NCBI GenBank assembly: GCA_049523135.1
Contig: JBEKNE010000001.1
Location: 455,009 to 519,008 of the forward strand
Direction: 5' to 3'
Source of the DNA: Candidatus Microgenomates bacterium
GTDB lineage: Bacteria; Patescibacteriota; Microgenomatia; UBA8517
DNA length: 64,000 nucleotides
Below are positions 50,186-59,539 of the stretch, in pieces (the first letter of the stretch is position 1; each line of letters starts with the position of its first letter). The notes under the pieces are model-generated. The model searched no databases. It was not told the DNA's origin and saw only the letters and a program-made list of their open reading frames with translations. The translations under genes were made by a program, and so were the position numbers.

Positions 50186-51028
50186 ATGGAACTATTTTAT
50201 GAACTAGTTGACAGCGGAAACGGAAAACGTTTGGAAAGATACGGAAAGTATCTTCTTGATCGGCCTGATCCTCAAATAATCTGGAAAAAGACTTTGTCTG
50301 AAGACGATTGGCAAAAAGCTGATGCTATCTTTCAAAAACTAACCGAGAATAAAGGTAGGTGGATTGTTAAAACAAATATCCCGGAAAAATGGGAACTGGA
50401 ATATAACGATATTAAATTCTGGTCAAAACTTTCTCCTTTTAAACACACCGGAGTTTTCCCTGAGCAAACCGAACAATGGGATTATATTTATGAAAAGATA
50501 AAAGGTGAGAGTCATGAGGTAAAAGTTCTGAATCTTTTTGCGTACACGGGCATAGCCAGCCTCTTTGCGGCAAAAGCGGGTGCAAAAGTAACACATGTTG
50601 ATGCAAGTAAACCTGCAATTACATGGGCGAATGAAAATAGAGAACTTAACGACAAAAATTTACCGATCAGATGGATTATTGATGATGCAATTAAATTTAC
50701 CTCGAGGGAAATCAAAAGGGGAATTAAATATGATGCCATCATCATGGATCCTCCCATTTACGGACACGGACCAGCAGGTGAAATTTGGGATTTTAACAAA
50801 GATTTTCCGATACTTCTTTTCAATTGCAAACAAATTTTATCTGATAATCCGTTATTCGTATTGGTAAATGCTTATGCAATTTCATCTTCATCTATTACTT
50901 TGGCTAATACCTTAAATGACTATTTCGGATCACTTGGCGGGAATATTGAAAATGGAGAACTTACATTAAAAGAGAAAAGTGCCGGTCGCCTTCTTTCCAC
51001 AGGCATTTGGGCAAGATGGTCTAAATAG
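50186..51028 (+). CDS. SAM-dependent methyltransferase (RlmI/K-like)
   Basis: KHTGVFPEQ, VLNLFAYTG, MDPP.YG. Confidence 0.88.
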   Translation: MELFYELVDSGNGKRLERYGKYLLDRPDPQIIWKKTLSEDDWQKADAIFQKLTENKGRWIVKTNIPEKWELEYNDIKFWSKLSPFKHTGVFPEQTEQWDYIYEKIKGESHEVKVLNLFAYTGIASLFAAKAGAKVTHVDASKPAITWANENRELNDKNLPIRWIIDDAIKFTSREIKRGIKYDAIIMDPPIYGHGPAGEIWDFNKDFPILLFNCKQILSDNPLFVLVNAYAISSSSITLANTLNDYFGSLGGNIENGELTLKEKSAGRLLSTGIWARWSK

Positions 51029-51222
51029 CAGAGAGTCTCCAAATTTTGACTTCTGACATACCTGAGACTACACTTTTAAAGATTTTCAATTAACCATATT
51101 TTGCTTGGTTAAACATGAAATAATTCGCTCATTTATATTAAGAAAGGTAGGTGCAAACGAAAAGAAGTTAACAGATTTAACTATAACCAATTTTTATTAT
51201 GTTCCCGAAAAGGAGGGGAACT

Positions 51223-51777
51223 ATGAAAAACAATCGTTTTACGCTGCTTTCTCTATCGCTAATCTTATTTGTATGCATGACTGGATGTGGAACTTTACAG
51301 ACGCCACCTACGGCAACACCCGTACCGACTACGGTACCTGTTCCGACAGAAACGCCCGTTCCTACATTAACGCCAATGCCTACAAATACACCCACCAATA
51401 CGCCTGTTCCCATAATGCTCTATATTGGGACAAACCCGGATGTTAGTTTTGACGTAACGTCATCAAATGTAGAAAATTTGAAGATCACCGTTCCGTTCGG
51501 CAAGAACGAGACCTGTACGATCGGACCTCTCGAAGACCTGTTTGTCGCCTCGGACGGTTCCTTCTTCTACACATTTAAGATCCAGAGTGATACTTCAAAA
51601 CCTGACATCTATATTACCGGTAAGATTAGTGGAGATAGTGCCGAAGGAAACTACTCGCTGGATATTTGCGAAATCAGCGGAGTTGTTCCAACGCCCTTAC
51701 CTGCTCCCAGCGGTATTTATACATGGTCATTTACACCTGTTTACTCAGGTAGCTGGAGTGCAGTTTACAGCAATTAG
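51223..51777 (+). CDS. putative lipoprotein with PT linker
   Basis: AGGAGG SD, lipobox-like MTGC, (PT)n linker; paralog of 54869. Confidence 0.75.
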   Translation: MKNNRFTLLSLSLILFVCMTGCGTLQTPPTATPVPTTVPVPTETPVPTLTPMPTNTPTNTPVPIMLYIGTNPDVSFDVTSSNVENLKITVPFGKNETCTIGPLEDLFVASDGSFFYTFKIQSDTSKPDIYITGKISGDSAEGNYSLDICEISGVVPTPLPAPSGIYTWSFTPVYSGSWSAVYSN

Positions 51778-51801
51778 TTGTTTGTAAGATTTTCTGCTAT
51801 C

Positions 51802-51851
51802 AACCCCGCATTTTTACGTCGAATGTCGACAAAAAGTACGGGGTTCATTTT
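51802..51851 (+). terminator. terminator-like hairpin, related to the one at 56155
   Basis: AACCCCG...CGGGGTT; shares ACCCCGCATTTTT with 56155. Confidence 0.55.
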
Positions 51852-51992
51852 TAAGGAAAAACCTCGATCCGAAAGTAAAAGCAATATATAGAAAGTGGAA
51901 TAACTTAAAACAATAGGTAAGACCAGCTAATTTACCAAAAATTTGAATAAAAACATATTCTCAAATACAATATACTAGCTGATTAGCCAAAA

Positions 51993-52065
51993 GGGCCGCT
52001 AGCTCAACTGGTAGAGCACCACTCTCTTAAAGTGATGGTTCTGGGTTCGAGTCCCAGGCGGCTCA
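51993..52065 (+). tRNA. tRNA-Lys(CUU)
   Basis: Cloverleaf, anticodon loop CTCTTAA. Confidence 0.94.
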
Positions 52066-52066
52066 C

Positions 52067-53455
52067 TTAAAACTTCAAATTGAGTGAAGTTTGTAAATAT
52101 GATCCAATTTTCTCAAAAAAGGTATTAAGTTGCATTTTATCTACAATTACACTTTCAATAGGAAAGCTATTTGTAATTCTTTTACCCAACTTGTCCTTTA
52201 AATATATAGATTTTATAAAAATCCCGGTTTCATCGGGAGCGGGCGACTTAAAGACGATTAAACCAACCCTCATTGGATCTATTTCAGTAAACACTAAATT
52301 TTCAAAATTAGTATTACCGGAATCACTTGTAATCGAAACCTCATTAGAATTCCAAATAGATTGACCCGTGTTCTTGGCCAATATCGCACCAAAATAATTA
52401 CTTCCGGGGTAAACTACCGGTTGAGCAAAAGCACCAAGAATTTGACCGCTTTCAATTTGTACAGGAGCCCCCGCAACTTTAGGAATTTCCTGAAGTCCTT
52501 GATAATAAGGATAAAATGTTCCGTCCCTTTTTTCCCACGAAAATTGCGAAAACGGAGATTCCGGATAATTCAAAATAAAGGGAGTTACCGCAACAACTCT
52601 TGGATCGTTCCAAACATTACTAAATGCATAGGAGTACATGGAAGAAATTTCATTTGGGTCAACACTTTGATTAGACCAACCCGTCTCCGTAATAAAAACG
52701 GGTAAATCCTTTTCAATACCAAGAGATTTAAGGTAGGTAAGCTCCCAGTCAAAAGTGTCTATCGATCCACGGCCTGTATCCGTTGCCTTTCCGGCAAAAC
52801 CGGGATTTGGATAGGAATGCGAAGTCCAGCCGTTCAGATTATCAAAAAGATTAGGCTCCGCGGCAAGCATTTTTTTAATAAATTGCCCTTCATCCATTGT
52901 TGTTGATGTATTTTTTGCAGAAGCGTCAAGCCCTGCAGGCAAAACAAAAAAATCAGGAGAAGCCGCGTGAAGTTTTGCCGCAAATTCATTCAGATAAGTT
53001 GCATAATCTGCCGGATCAATTTTTCCTCCCCACTCGGTTGCATGATTCGGCTCATTGTATATAACAATATACCTATTCTCGGTAACCCAATTTAAAGAAT
53101 TTAAAAACGCTATCCAATTATTTATTTCCGCTTCCTGAGGAGCATCCCAAGTATCACCACTTGCGCGCGTTGCTATTCTTACAATCGGAATTAAATGAAG
53201 TTTTCTCATTTGATCAAAAATTTGTTGCCAGCGGTCATGATCACGGTCAGCTTCGGTAATTACAAACGTTACGTAACCCCAATCTCCTCCGTTGGAATTT
53301 ACCAAGTTGACGGCATTCGTTAAATCCCTTTCATCGGTAATATGGATTCCTACTTTATTATTATTAACAGAAAGGGGATTATTTTCAGCAAAAACACAGG
53401 AATTTATAGTAAAAAATATAAAGATAAAAAGAGTTACTGAAAGAAACTTTTTCAT
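52067..53455 (-). CDS. exported clan GH-A glycoside hydrolase-like protein
   Basis: Signal peptide, YNEPN, SHSYP, ITETGW. Confidence 0.75.
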   Translation of the reverse strand: MKKFLSVTLFIFIFFTINSCVFAENNPLSVNNNKVGIHITDERDLTNAVNLVNSNGGDWGYVTFVITEADRDHDRWQQIFDQMRKLHLIPIVRIATRASGDTWDAPQEAEINNWIAFLNSLNWVTENRYIVIYNEPNHATEWGGKIDPADYATYLNEFAAKLHAASPDFFVLPAGLDASAKNTSTTMDEGQFIKKMLAAEPNLFDNLNGWTSHSYPNPGFAGKATDTGRGSIDTFDWELTYLKSLGIEKDLPVFITETGWSNQSVDPNEISSMYSYAFSNVWNDPRVVAVTPFILNYPESPFSQFSWEKRDGTFYPYYQGLQEIPKVAGAPVQIESGQILGAFAQPVVYPGSNYFGAILAKNTGQSIWNSNEVSITSDSGNTNFENLVFTEIDPMRVGLIVFKSPAPDETGIFIKSIYLKDKLGKRITNSFPIESVIVDKMQLNTFFEKIGSYLQTSLNLKF

Positions 53456-53510
53456 ACTGAATATACATTTTAGCAACAAATTGGCAAAGTTGTAATGAAG
53501 CAAAGAACAA

Positions 53511-53813
53511 ATGCAAATGAAGAAAATCCAAAATGAATCCGCATATACCAAAGAATTCTACGAAAAAAGCGCCGATCTTTTTAAAATTCTGTCCAACGCT
53601 AAAAGACTTGAAGTACTTAATTTAATCAAAGATAAAGAAGTTACCGTTAATGACCTTTCCAAAATACTCGGAACTAGAAAATCAAATACTTCACAACACC
53701 TTGCATACTTAAGATATACAGGACTTGTCAAAACCAGAAGACAGGGTAAAAATGTTTTCTATAAACTTGCAGATCCCAAAATTGTCAAACTCTGCAAAAT
53801 TTTAACTGAGTAA
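53511..53813 (+). CDS. ArsR/SmtB family regulator
   Basis: FKILSN.KRLE.L, SQHLA.LR..GLV..RRQG..VFY. Confidence 0.92.
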   Translation: MQMKKIQNESAYTKEFYEKSADLFKILSNAKRLEVLNLIKDKEVTVNDLSKILGTRKSNTSQHLAYLRYTGLVKTRRQGKNVFYKLADPKIVKLCKILTE

Positions 53814-53826
53814 AATCTTCTTTTTG

Positions 53827-53898
53827 TGACCCTGGGAAGAATCGAACTTCCATCTCGTTCTTAGAAGGAACTTGCTCTATCCGTTGAGCTACAGGGCC
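53827..53898 (-). tRNA. tRNA-Arg(UCU)
   Basis: Cloverleaf, anticodon loop CTTCTAA. Confidence 0.93.
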
Positions 53899-53903
53899 TC
53901 GTG

Positions 53904-53975
53904 AGCGGGCGATGGGAGTCAGACCCACCCTCTTCTTCTTGGCAAGAAGACGTTTATTCGATAAACTACGCCCGC
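53904..53975 (-). tRNA. atypical tRNA-Gly(GCC)
   Basis: All four stems pair, TCTTC-TTGCCAA-GAAGA, D loop without GG, T loop TCTGACT. Confidence 0.8.
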
Positions 53976-54646
53976 ATTTCAGTTGCTAACAAATCTATCC
54001 ACTGCTTCATTTTAATATTATCCTCGACACTCGAATAGTATATATCACACATTCCATTTATTACTTTATGTTTCGTAATTCCACTCTTACTTGGTAAGAC
54101 TTGGGTTTTAATAAATTGTCGTTTATCCAAATTCAAACTTTTTGCCCAAAAATCTAACGCCTTTTTTTCATTTATGTCATTATAAATAAAAATCTCCGCT
54201 CTCAATTTATCTTCCGGTATATTCAGTACTTCACGATAAAACCTAATCATCACTTTTAGCATTCTTACATCAGAATTAACAAAAGCAATTCTACCGCATT
54301 CAGTTTTATTACCTTCTCCCCAATAAATTGCCAAGCCTAGTACGAAAAGTCTATCTTCTTTTAATTTTAAATATTCATCTTTTGCACTATACCTATAATT
54401 TTCATATTTTATTAAAGTCTGAAGATGTTTTATTCTGTTGATTTTTCTCAAATAGTTAGAACTTCTTCTTTCATTTTCGGCAATTAATTGAATTTTAATT
54501 GTCTCGGACCAACTTTTATCAGATAATCAATTACTTATTGTACTCTTAGCTAAGTTTAAATTATTGCTGATTTCAGAGTAACTCTTTCCACTTTTTCTAA
54601 ACTCAATAACCTTTTTGTATAAACGTTTATTACGCACAATTGACAT
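53966..54646 (-). pseudogene. HTH + LAGLIDADG-like endonuclease with one in-frame TGA
   Basis: RKSGKSYSEI..L..AKSTISN*LS (TGA at 54527-29 where Trp is expected), LGLAIYWGEGNK, F.NSD. Confidence 0.72.
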
Positions 54647-54868
54647 ACATATAATATGTTAATACGAAAGTTCGAAATTTCAATGTACAAATAACTATGT
54701 CGAGAACGATGCTGTACTAGAACATTCTCGACAGGCTTAATTTTACAACAAAAGACCGGGAAACTCTATATTTGAACAGTTTGACTATATTCATATTATA
54801 AGGTACACTCGGCCGGTAAGTACTTTTGCTCATTAAAATCTATTTTATTCACATCAAGGAGGTGTGAA

Positions 54869-55420
54869 ATGAAAATAAAAGTTTTGCTTTTTGTATTTGT
54901 ATTAACATCAGTTATCAGTTTGTATTCGTGTGGACAAGCTCCCGCAACAGAATTACATGAAGCGGCAGACACACCACTACCGATAAATACACCCGTACCC
55001 ACGGGGACATCCGTTGCGACCGTAATACCGTCCGCAACAAAAACATTCGGTCCGACCGAAACTCCAACAAGAATTCCGGTAATAAACGGTCATTTTATAG
55101 GGACTAACCCAATAGTTTCGTTTGATGAAATTTTATGGGAAATAACAAACTTTAAAATTACCGTTCCTTTTAAAAACAATACAACCTGTACTCTTAGTCA
55201 CCCGTATTTTATGGACATAGATTCGAAGGGTACTTTTTCATACTCTGTCTATGTATGGGGGAATTCTAAAGAACCGGACATTATTGTTACGGGTAAATTA
55301 AACGATAATTCCATAAGCGGAACATATTCTATAGATATCTGTTATGGAAATGAATACTCAGATAAGACAATTTCTCCATATACAGGTACTTGGAATGCAA
55401 TTTTGAATGGCTCCGACTAA
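54869..55420 (+). CDS. putative lipoprotein with PT linker
   Basis: AAGGAGG SD, LYSC, shared GTNP.VSFD..KITVPF..TCT..PDI..TGK..G.YS.DIC. Confidence 0.75.
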   Translation: MKIKVLLFVFVLTSVISLYSCGQAPATELHEAADTPLPINTPVPTGTSVATVIPSATKTFGPTETPTRIPVINGHFIGTNPIVSFDEILWEITNFKITVPFKNNTTCTLSHPYFMDIDSKGTFSYSVYVWGNSKEPDIIVTGKLNDNSISGTYSIDICYGNEYSDKTISPYTGTWNAILNGSD

Positions 55421-55443
55421 AGGCTACGAAAGGGGTATTAATA

Positions 55444-56136
55444 ATGATAATAAGAAAGTTAATACAAATTATCTTTATGGCTGTGTTACTTGTACCGATA
55501 TACAGTTGTGGAATTGCAAAAACACAAGTCACAAGTACACCGGCGCCAACGATAACTCCCACCACAATGGAGGATTTTAGTTCTATATTTCCTACAGCGC
55601 TTCCTCCTGGTAAACCGGTAATAGACGTTACTTTGCAAATAAAGAATATGCCTGATAATGGTGTAGGACTCGGTGGTTACTGGGCTAATTTAACGTTTAA
55701 TACTTATGCGAAATTCTGGGCACTGGGTAACGGGAAATATGAATGTTACGAATATGACAATGGTAACTTCATAACATTCGGGGGACTAAGTCCTGGCCTT
55801 ACGGGTACCGTAGCAGCTGGAATACAAGGGCGTTATATCGTCAAATCCATAGGAATAATAACCGGAATGTTACTGTCTTCTCCCATGAAACCTACAAGTG
55901 GTTTTATCGGCTCATTTGATGCCAAGGGAGATGAGAAGGGTAATACCCCCGGATTTATGGACAATCCAATGGATTGGTATTTTAAGCCCGGATGGTCCGA
56001 AACAGATTTTCCGCTTTATGAGGTTGATTATTCAACTTGCGGAAACGGCAGTTTTGGGTGGATTCTTGGCAAAGAAGGAATGCCTGTAGTCAACGGGGAT
56101 ATTGTTGGTGAGCAAACTGAGTGTCTCAATGGATAG
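55444..56136 (+). CDS. putative lipoprotein
   Basis: IYSC lipobox-like motif, PT linker, Gly-rich beta domain. Confidence 0.7.
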   Translation: MIIRKLIQIIFMAVLLVPIYSCGIAKTQVTSTPAPTITPTTMEDFSSIFPTALPPGKPVIDVTLQIKNMPDNGVGLGGYWANLTFNTYAKFWALGNGKYECYEYDNGNFITFGGLSPGLTGTVAAGIQGRYIVKSIGIITGMLLSSPMKPTSGFIGSFDAKGDEKGNTPGFMDNPMDWYFKPGWSETDFPLYEVDYSTCGNGSFGWILGKEGMPVVNGDIVGEQTECLNG

Positions 56137-56227
56137 TAAGAGATCGATCGTTTTACCCCGCATTTTTGCGTTTTACCAGAATTTCTGGATGCAAAGGTGC
56201 GGGATTTTTTTGGGTAAAATTTACTAG

Positions 56228-56300
56228 TGCTGGGAGTGTGAGTCGAACACACATCTGGGCTTCTTCAGAGCTCCGCCGTGACCACCTTGGCTATCCCAGC
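56228..56300 (-). tRNA. tRNA-Phe(GAA)
   Basis: Cloverleaf, anticodon loop CTGAAGA. Confidence 0.88.
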
Positions 56301-56725
56301 ATTCTTTTATACGTTCGTATCCTATGACAGTTAGCGCAAACTAAATCACATTTTTTTATTTCTTTTAGGATTTTACTTTTTGCCCACCCTCCTGCTGCCA
56401 TTCCGGCAATTTCTTTTTCCTTGATTTGGCCCTCCCTATGGTCAAAGTCCATAGCACAGGGGGGATAAACTCCCCCACAATCTTTGCAAGGTTTACTCTT
56501 GACCAAATCTAAAAATTGTCTTATTTCTTTTCTGTATTTAGCTCTTCTCTTAAGAGCTAAACTCAATTGTCGTTTATGATTTAAGTAATAGTATTTTCTT
56601 CCTCTTTCCTTCATACACTCGCTACATTTTTCATAGTATTCACCTTTCCGCGGTCCTTTTTTACGAAAATAGAACATAAAAACAGATTTTTTAATACCAC
56701 ATTTAGAACATATTTTAAAGTTCAT
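56291..56725 (-). CDS. HNH endonuclease with Zn fingers
   Basis: CSKC..CSEC, CKDC, MDFDH, CDLVCANCH. Confidence 0.85.
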   Translation of the reverse strand: MNFKICSKCGIKKSVFMFYFRKKGPRKGEYYEKCSECMKERGRKYYYLNHKRQLSLALKRRAKYRKEIRQFLDLVKSKPCKDCGGVYPPCAMDFDHREGQIKEKEIAGMAAGGWAKSKILKEIKKCDLVCANCHRIRTYKRMLG

Positions 56726-56777
56726 AACTAACCATAACTTATTGTATATCGAAATACAATACCGTTTTTCAGACGGG

Positions 56778-56851
56778 TGGACACTGGGGGGCTCGAACCC
56801 TCGACCTCATCGATGTAAACGATGCGCTCTGGCCAACTGAGCTAAGTGTCC
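56778..56851 (-). tRNA. tRNA-Val(UAC)
   Basis: CATCG-TTTACAT-CGATG. Confidence 0.94.
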
Positions 56852-56856
56852 TCAAG

Positions 56857-56937
56857 TGCACCCGGAGAGACTCGAACTCTCACGCCTTTCGGCATAGCTC
56901 CTTGGGCTACCGCGTATACCAATTCCGCCACGGGTGC
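56857..56937 (-). tRNA. tRNA-Leu(AAG) with C33
   Basis: GTAGC-CCAAGGA-GCTAT, Leu-type D arm, variable arm and A73. Confidence 0.85.
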
Positions 56938-56945
56938 TTGTAAAG

Positions 56946-57027
56946 TGCAGGTGAGAGGACTCGAACCTCTATGGGTTGCCCCACACGCCCCTGAAGCGTG
57001 CGCGTCTGCCAATTCCGCCACATCTGC
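56946..57027 (-). tRNA. tRNA-Leu(CAG)
   Basis: CACGC-TTCAGGG-GCGTG. Confidence 0.94.
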
Positions 57028-57097
57028 GTGTCTGTTCCGCAACTTTGCTTGTTGATTATATCAAAATACTCATAAACTTGACAGATTATCTCCTCTT

Positions 57098-57751
57098 ATG
57101 GCATTCTGGAAAATAATGGAAAGTGAAGATTTCAGTCGAGAAGAAAATATTAGCTTCTGGAAAAATCTAATACTTATAGTTATCTTCTTTGTGGTTACCC
57201 CGTTAGCTTTAGGGGTAAGTCTGTTTTCGCTTTTTTCTCTAAAATCCAATAACATTGCCCAGGAAACTCTTGCCAAGACGAACTTAATAATTTCCCCCCA
57301 ATCCGGAGTTAAAGTTTTTGCCTCTCTTCCTGCCAATCTTCCTTCGGTCTCGGGGTCGGTAGAATCTGCCGATGCCAGACCCGAAATCATCAAGCAATAT
57401 TTGGCTTCATATTCTTCTCCTCTTACTCCTTATGCGGATTTCATTGTTCAGGAAGCTGATAAATATTCGCTTGATTACCGTCTTATTACGGCTATTGCAC
57501 AGCAGGAAAGTAATCTTTGCAAGATTATTCCCCCCAATTCTTACAATTGCTGGGGATGGGGGATTACAAGTGTGGGAAGTCTTGGTTTTGATTCATATTC
57601 CGATGGAATCGATACGGTTTCTCAAGGACTAAGAGAAAACTATTTAAACAAAGGTTATACAACTATCGAAGAAATTATGTCCAAATATACCCCTCAAAGT
57701 AACGGCTCCTGGGCCAGCGGAGTTAATGAATTCATGACCGAAATGGAATAA
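57098..57751 (+). CDS. membrane-anchored lysozyme-fold/glucosaminidase-like hydrolase
   Basis: LDYRLITAIA.QES, YNCWGWG, KY.P....W. Confidence 0.75.
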   Translation: MAFWKIMESEDFSREENISFWKNLILIVIFFVVTPLALGVSLFSLFSLKSNNIAQETLAKTNLIISPQSGVKVFASLPANLPSVSGSVESADARPEIIKQYLASYSSPLTPYADFIVQEADKYSLDYRLITAIAQQESNLCKIIPPNSYNCWGWGITSVGSLGFDSYSDGIDTVSQGLRENYLNKGYTTIEEIMSKYTPQSNGSWASGVNEFMTEME

Positions 57752-57782
57752 TTCCTTAAATAAGGATATCTTCTCCAAAGAC

Positions 57783-57903
57783 TTGACAACCCCATAATAC
57801 TATGCTATAGTACAAGCACATTCCGAGGCTTAGCCATGGAAACATGAGCACGGCGTTGGAATTTATATTTGGGGGATACCTAACGGTATCCCCCTTCTTT
57901 TTA
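57783..57903 (+). promoter_or_regulatory. promoter, GAAA-capped hairpin and intrinsic terminator in a gene leader
   Basis: TTGACA-N17-TATAGT, hairpin at 57820-62, GGGGGATACC/GGTATCCCCC plus T-tract. Confidence 0.7.
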
Positions 57904-57929
57904 ACCTAAAGGTAAACACTATAACAAGT

Positions 57930-58451
57930 ATGAGAAAAATTATTACATATATTCTTATAAATATCGCGTTTCTTTCTTTGACCGCGAGGACTTGCTATGC
58001 GGAAAGTATTTCCGAACAATCCGCAACGATTAAAACAGATACGCAAAACAGTTCTTATGATTACCGTGTGGAAAACCTCAGGGAATTCTTGGAAAAATAT
58101 AATTCACCTCTTGCTCCTTATGCGGAAGATTTTGTAGCCTATGCAGACGCAAACGGATTGGATTATAGACTTGTGCCTGCAATTTCCGGAGTTGAATCCA
58201 CATTCGGAAAAAACATTCCTTTTAATTCCTACAACGCCTACGGATGGGTGAATGGAAACTATGATTTTAGATCATGGCAGGATTCAATAGCGACTGTTTC
58301 CAGCACGCTTAAATATTCCTACATCGATAAGGGTGCCGTGTCCATCCCGCAAATTGCCAAAAGATACGCTCCTCCTTCCAGTACCTGGGGAAGCAAGGTT
58401 AAATATTTTGTATCCAAAATAGACACGCTACCTGTCGGCTTTGATATATAA
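57930..58451 (+). CDS. secreted lysozyme-fold/glucosaminidase-like hydrolase (paralog of 57098)
   Basis: LDYRLVPAI.GVES, YNAYGW, RYAPP...W. Confidence 0.75.
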   Translation: MRKIITYILINIAFLSLTARTCYAESISEQSATIKTDTQNSSYDYRVENLREFLEKYNSPLAPYAEDFVAYADANGLDYRLVPAISGVESTFGKNIPFNSYNAYGWVNGNYDFRSWQDSIATVSSTLKYSYIDKGAVSIPQIAKRYAPPSSTWGSKVKYFVSKIDTLPVGFDI

Positions 58452-58460
58452 TATCGATAT

Positions 58461-58544
58461 GCCGGGGTGGTGAAATGGCATACACGCTAGGTTTAGGACC
58501 TAGTGCCCTTTAAAGGCGTGCAGGTTCAACTCCTGTCCCCGGCA
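58461..58544 (+). tRNA. tRNA-Leu(UAG)
   Basis: CTAGG-TTTAGGA-CCTAG. Confidence 0.94.
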
Positions 58545-58719
58545 CTTAGTTTTTTCAAGTCAACAATTAGCCCCATAGTTTGACTTTTATACGTTTCTGT
58601 GATACTATAAGCTCCTAAAACTATCAGGCTAATGCAGCTTGTTTTTTGTTTTAAAATCGGTCAGTTTGTACATTAAAATTGCGGAAAGTCGTCAATTCTA
58701 CATTTCCAAGGAGGATAAA

Positions 58720-59031
58720 ATGTCTAACATGTATTTCTTACTTACGCAAGTTTTGATTCTTCTTATAGGTTTTCTCATAAAACTAATTTATGAAGCAAAT
58801 ACTGGAAGAAAAGTAACCTATAGAATGTGGCAGCATTACTTATTAGGTATGGTGATTTCTCTGTTGCTTATTTGGCTAGTTTTTAATCAATCTTTTACAC
58901 AATTTAAAGGTTGGTGCATATTAATTATGCTACTGGCCTCAATTGTCTTAGAAGTATTTGAAGTAATTAGACCTAATAACAATGTAGCGTTACTTCCAGA
59001 CAAGAATTCTCACATACCCAAGGAGGAGTAG
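58720..59031 (+). CDS. small membrane protein
   Basis: AAGGAGG SD; three TMs. Confidence 0.6.
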   Translation: MSNMYFLLTQVLILLIGFLIKLIYEANTGRKVTYRMWQHYLLGMVISLLLIWLVFNQSFTQFKGWCILIMLLASIVLEVFEVIRPNNNVALLPDKNSHIPKEE

Positions 59032-59034
59032 AAA

Positions 59035-59322
59035 ATGCCCAGAATTGTATATGTAATTTTAATTTGTGCCTTAATGTTTAATGTTGTGTTCGCATCGTAT
59101 TTTATGATCTATAACTGGATAGCACGCATATCAAATAAGATACCACCAAAGACTTTGAAAATAAACAAAGCATGGGGAACCTTATTTTATTTTTTGTTTG
59201 TTTGCACAGCTATACCAGTGGCAATGCAGGGAACAGAAGTGTCACCGTATCTGTGGTTTACAATTGTCTTTTCCGGCATCCTCGGAGTCACAAACTTATA
59301 TGAACTGGCAAAAAGTGCCTAG
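59035..59322 (+). CDS. small membrane protein
   Basis: AGGAG SD; three TMs. Confidence 0.6.
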   Translation: MPRIVYVILICALMFNVVFASYFMIYNWIARISNKIPPKTLKINKAWGTLFYFLFVCTAIPVAMQGTEVSPYLWFTIVFSGILGVTNLYELAKSA

Positions 59323-59410
59323 GTTCTTTCCGCAAGATCAAAAACCCTCTGAGTAATCAGAAAAGATGAAAGGAGGGTGTTTTTTTGGCTTAATATGCTA
59401 ATATAAAATC

Positions 59411-59539
59411 ATGGAACCGAGTATTATTCACCTCAATAAATCCCAGAGATCAACACTTGAGCACATGCTTTTTATGTCTATTCCCATCCTTGCTTTTATA
59501 GCAACACTTTTAATCTCTTTAAAATTTCTTAAATGGTAA
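59411..59539 (+). CDS. 42-aa single-TM microprotein
   Basis: MEPSIIHL...ILAFIATLLISLKFLKW*; overlaps the next start codon. Confidence 0.45.
   Translation: MEPSIIHLNKSQRSTLEHMLFMSIPILAFIATLLISLKFLKW

Noticed and set aside
54527-54529. TGA recoding (genetic code 4 or 25) suggested by the in-frame TGA
   Set aside because: TGA ends conserved genes such as dnaE and eno at their expected C-termini, so a TGG-to-TGA nonsense change is simpler.
56842-57055. Short ORFs over the tRNA cluster (also 47104-47463 and 36440-36670)
   Set aside because: They are translations of tRNA genes.
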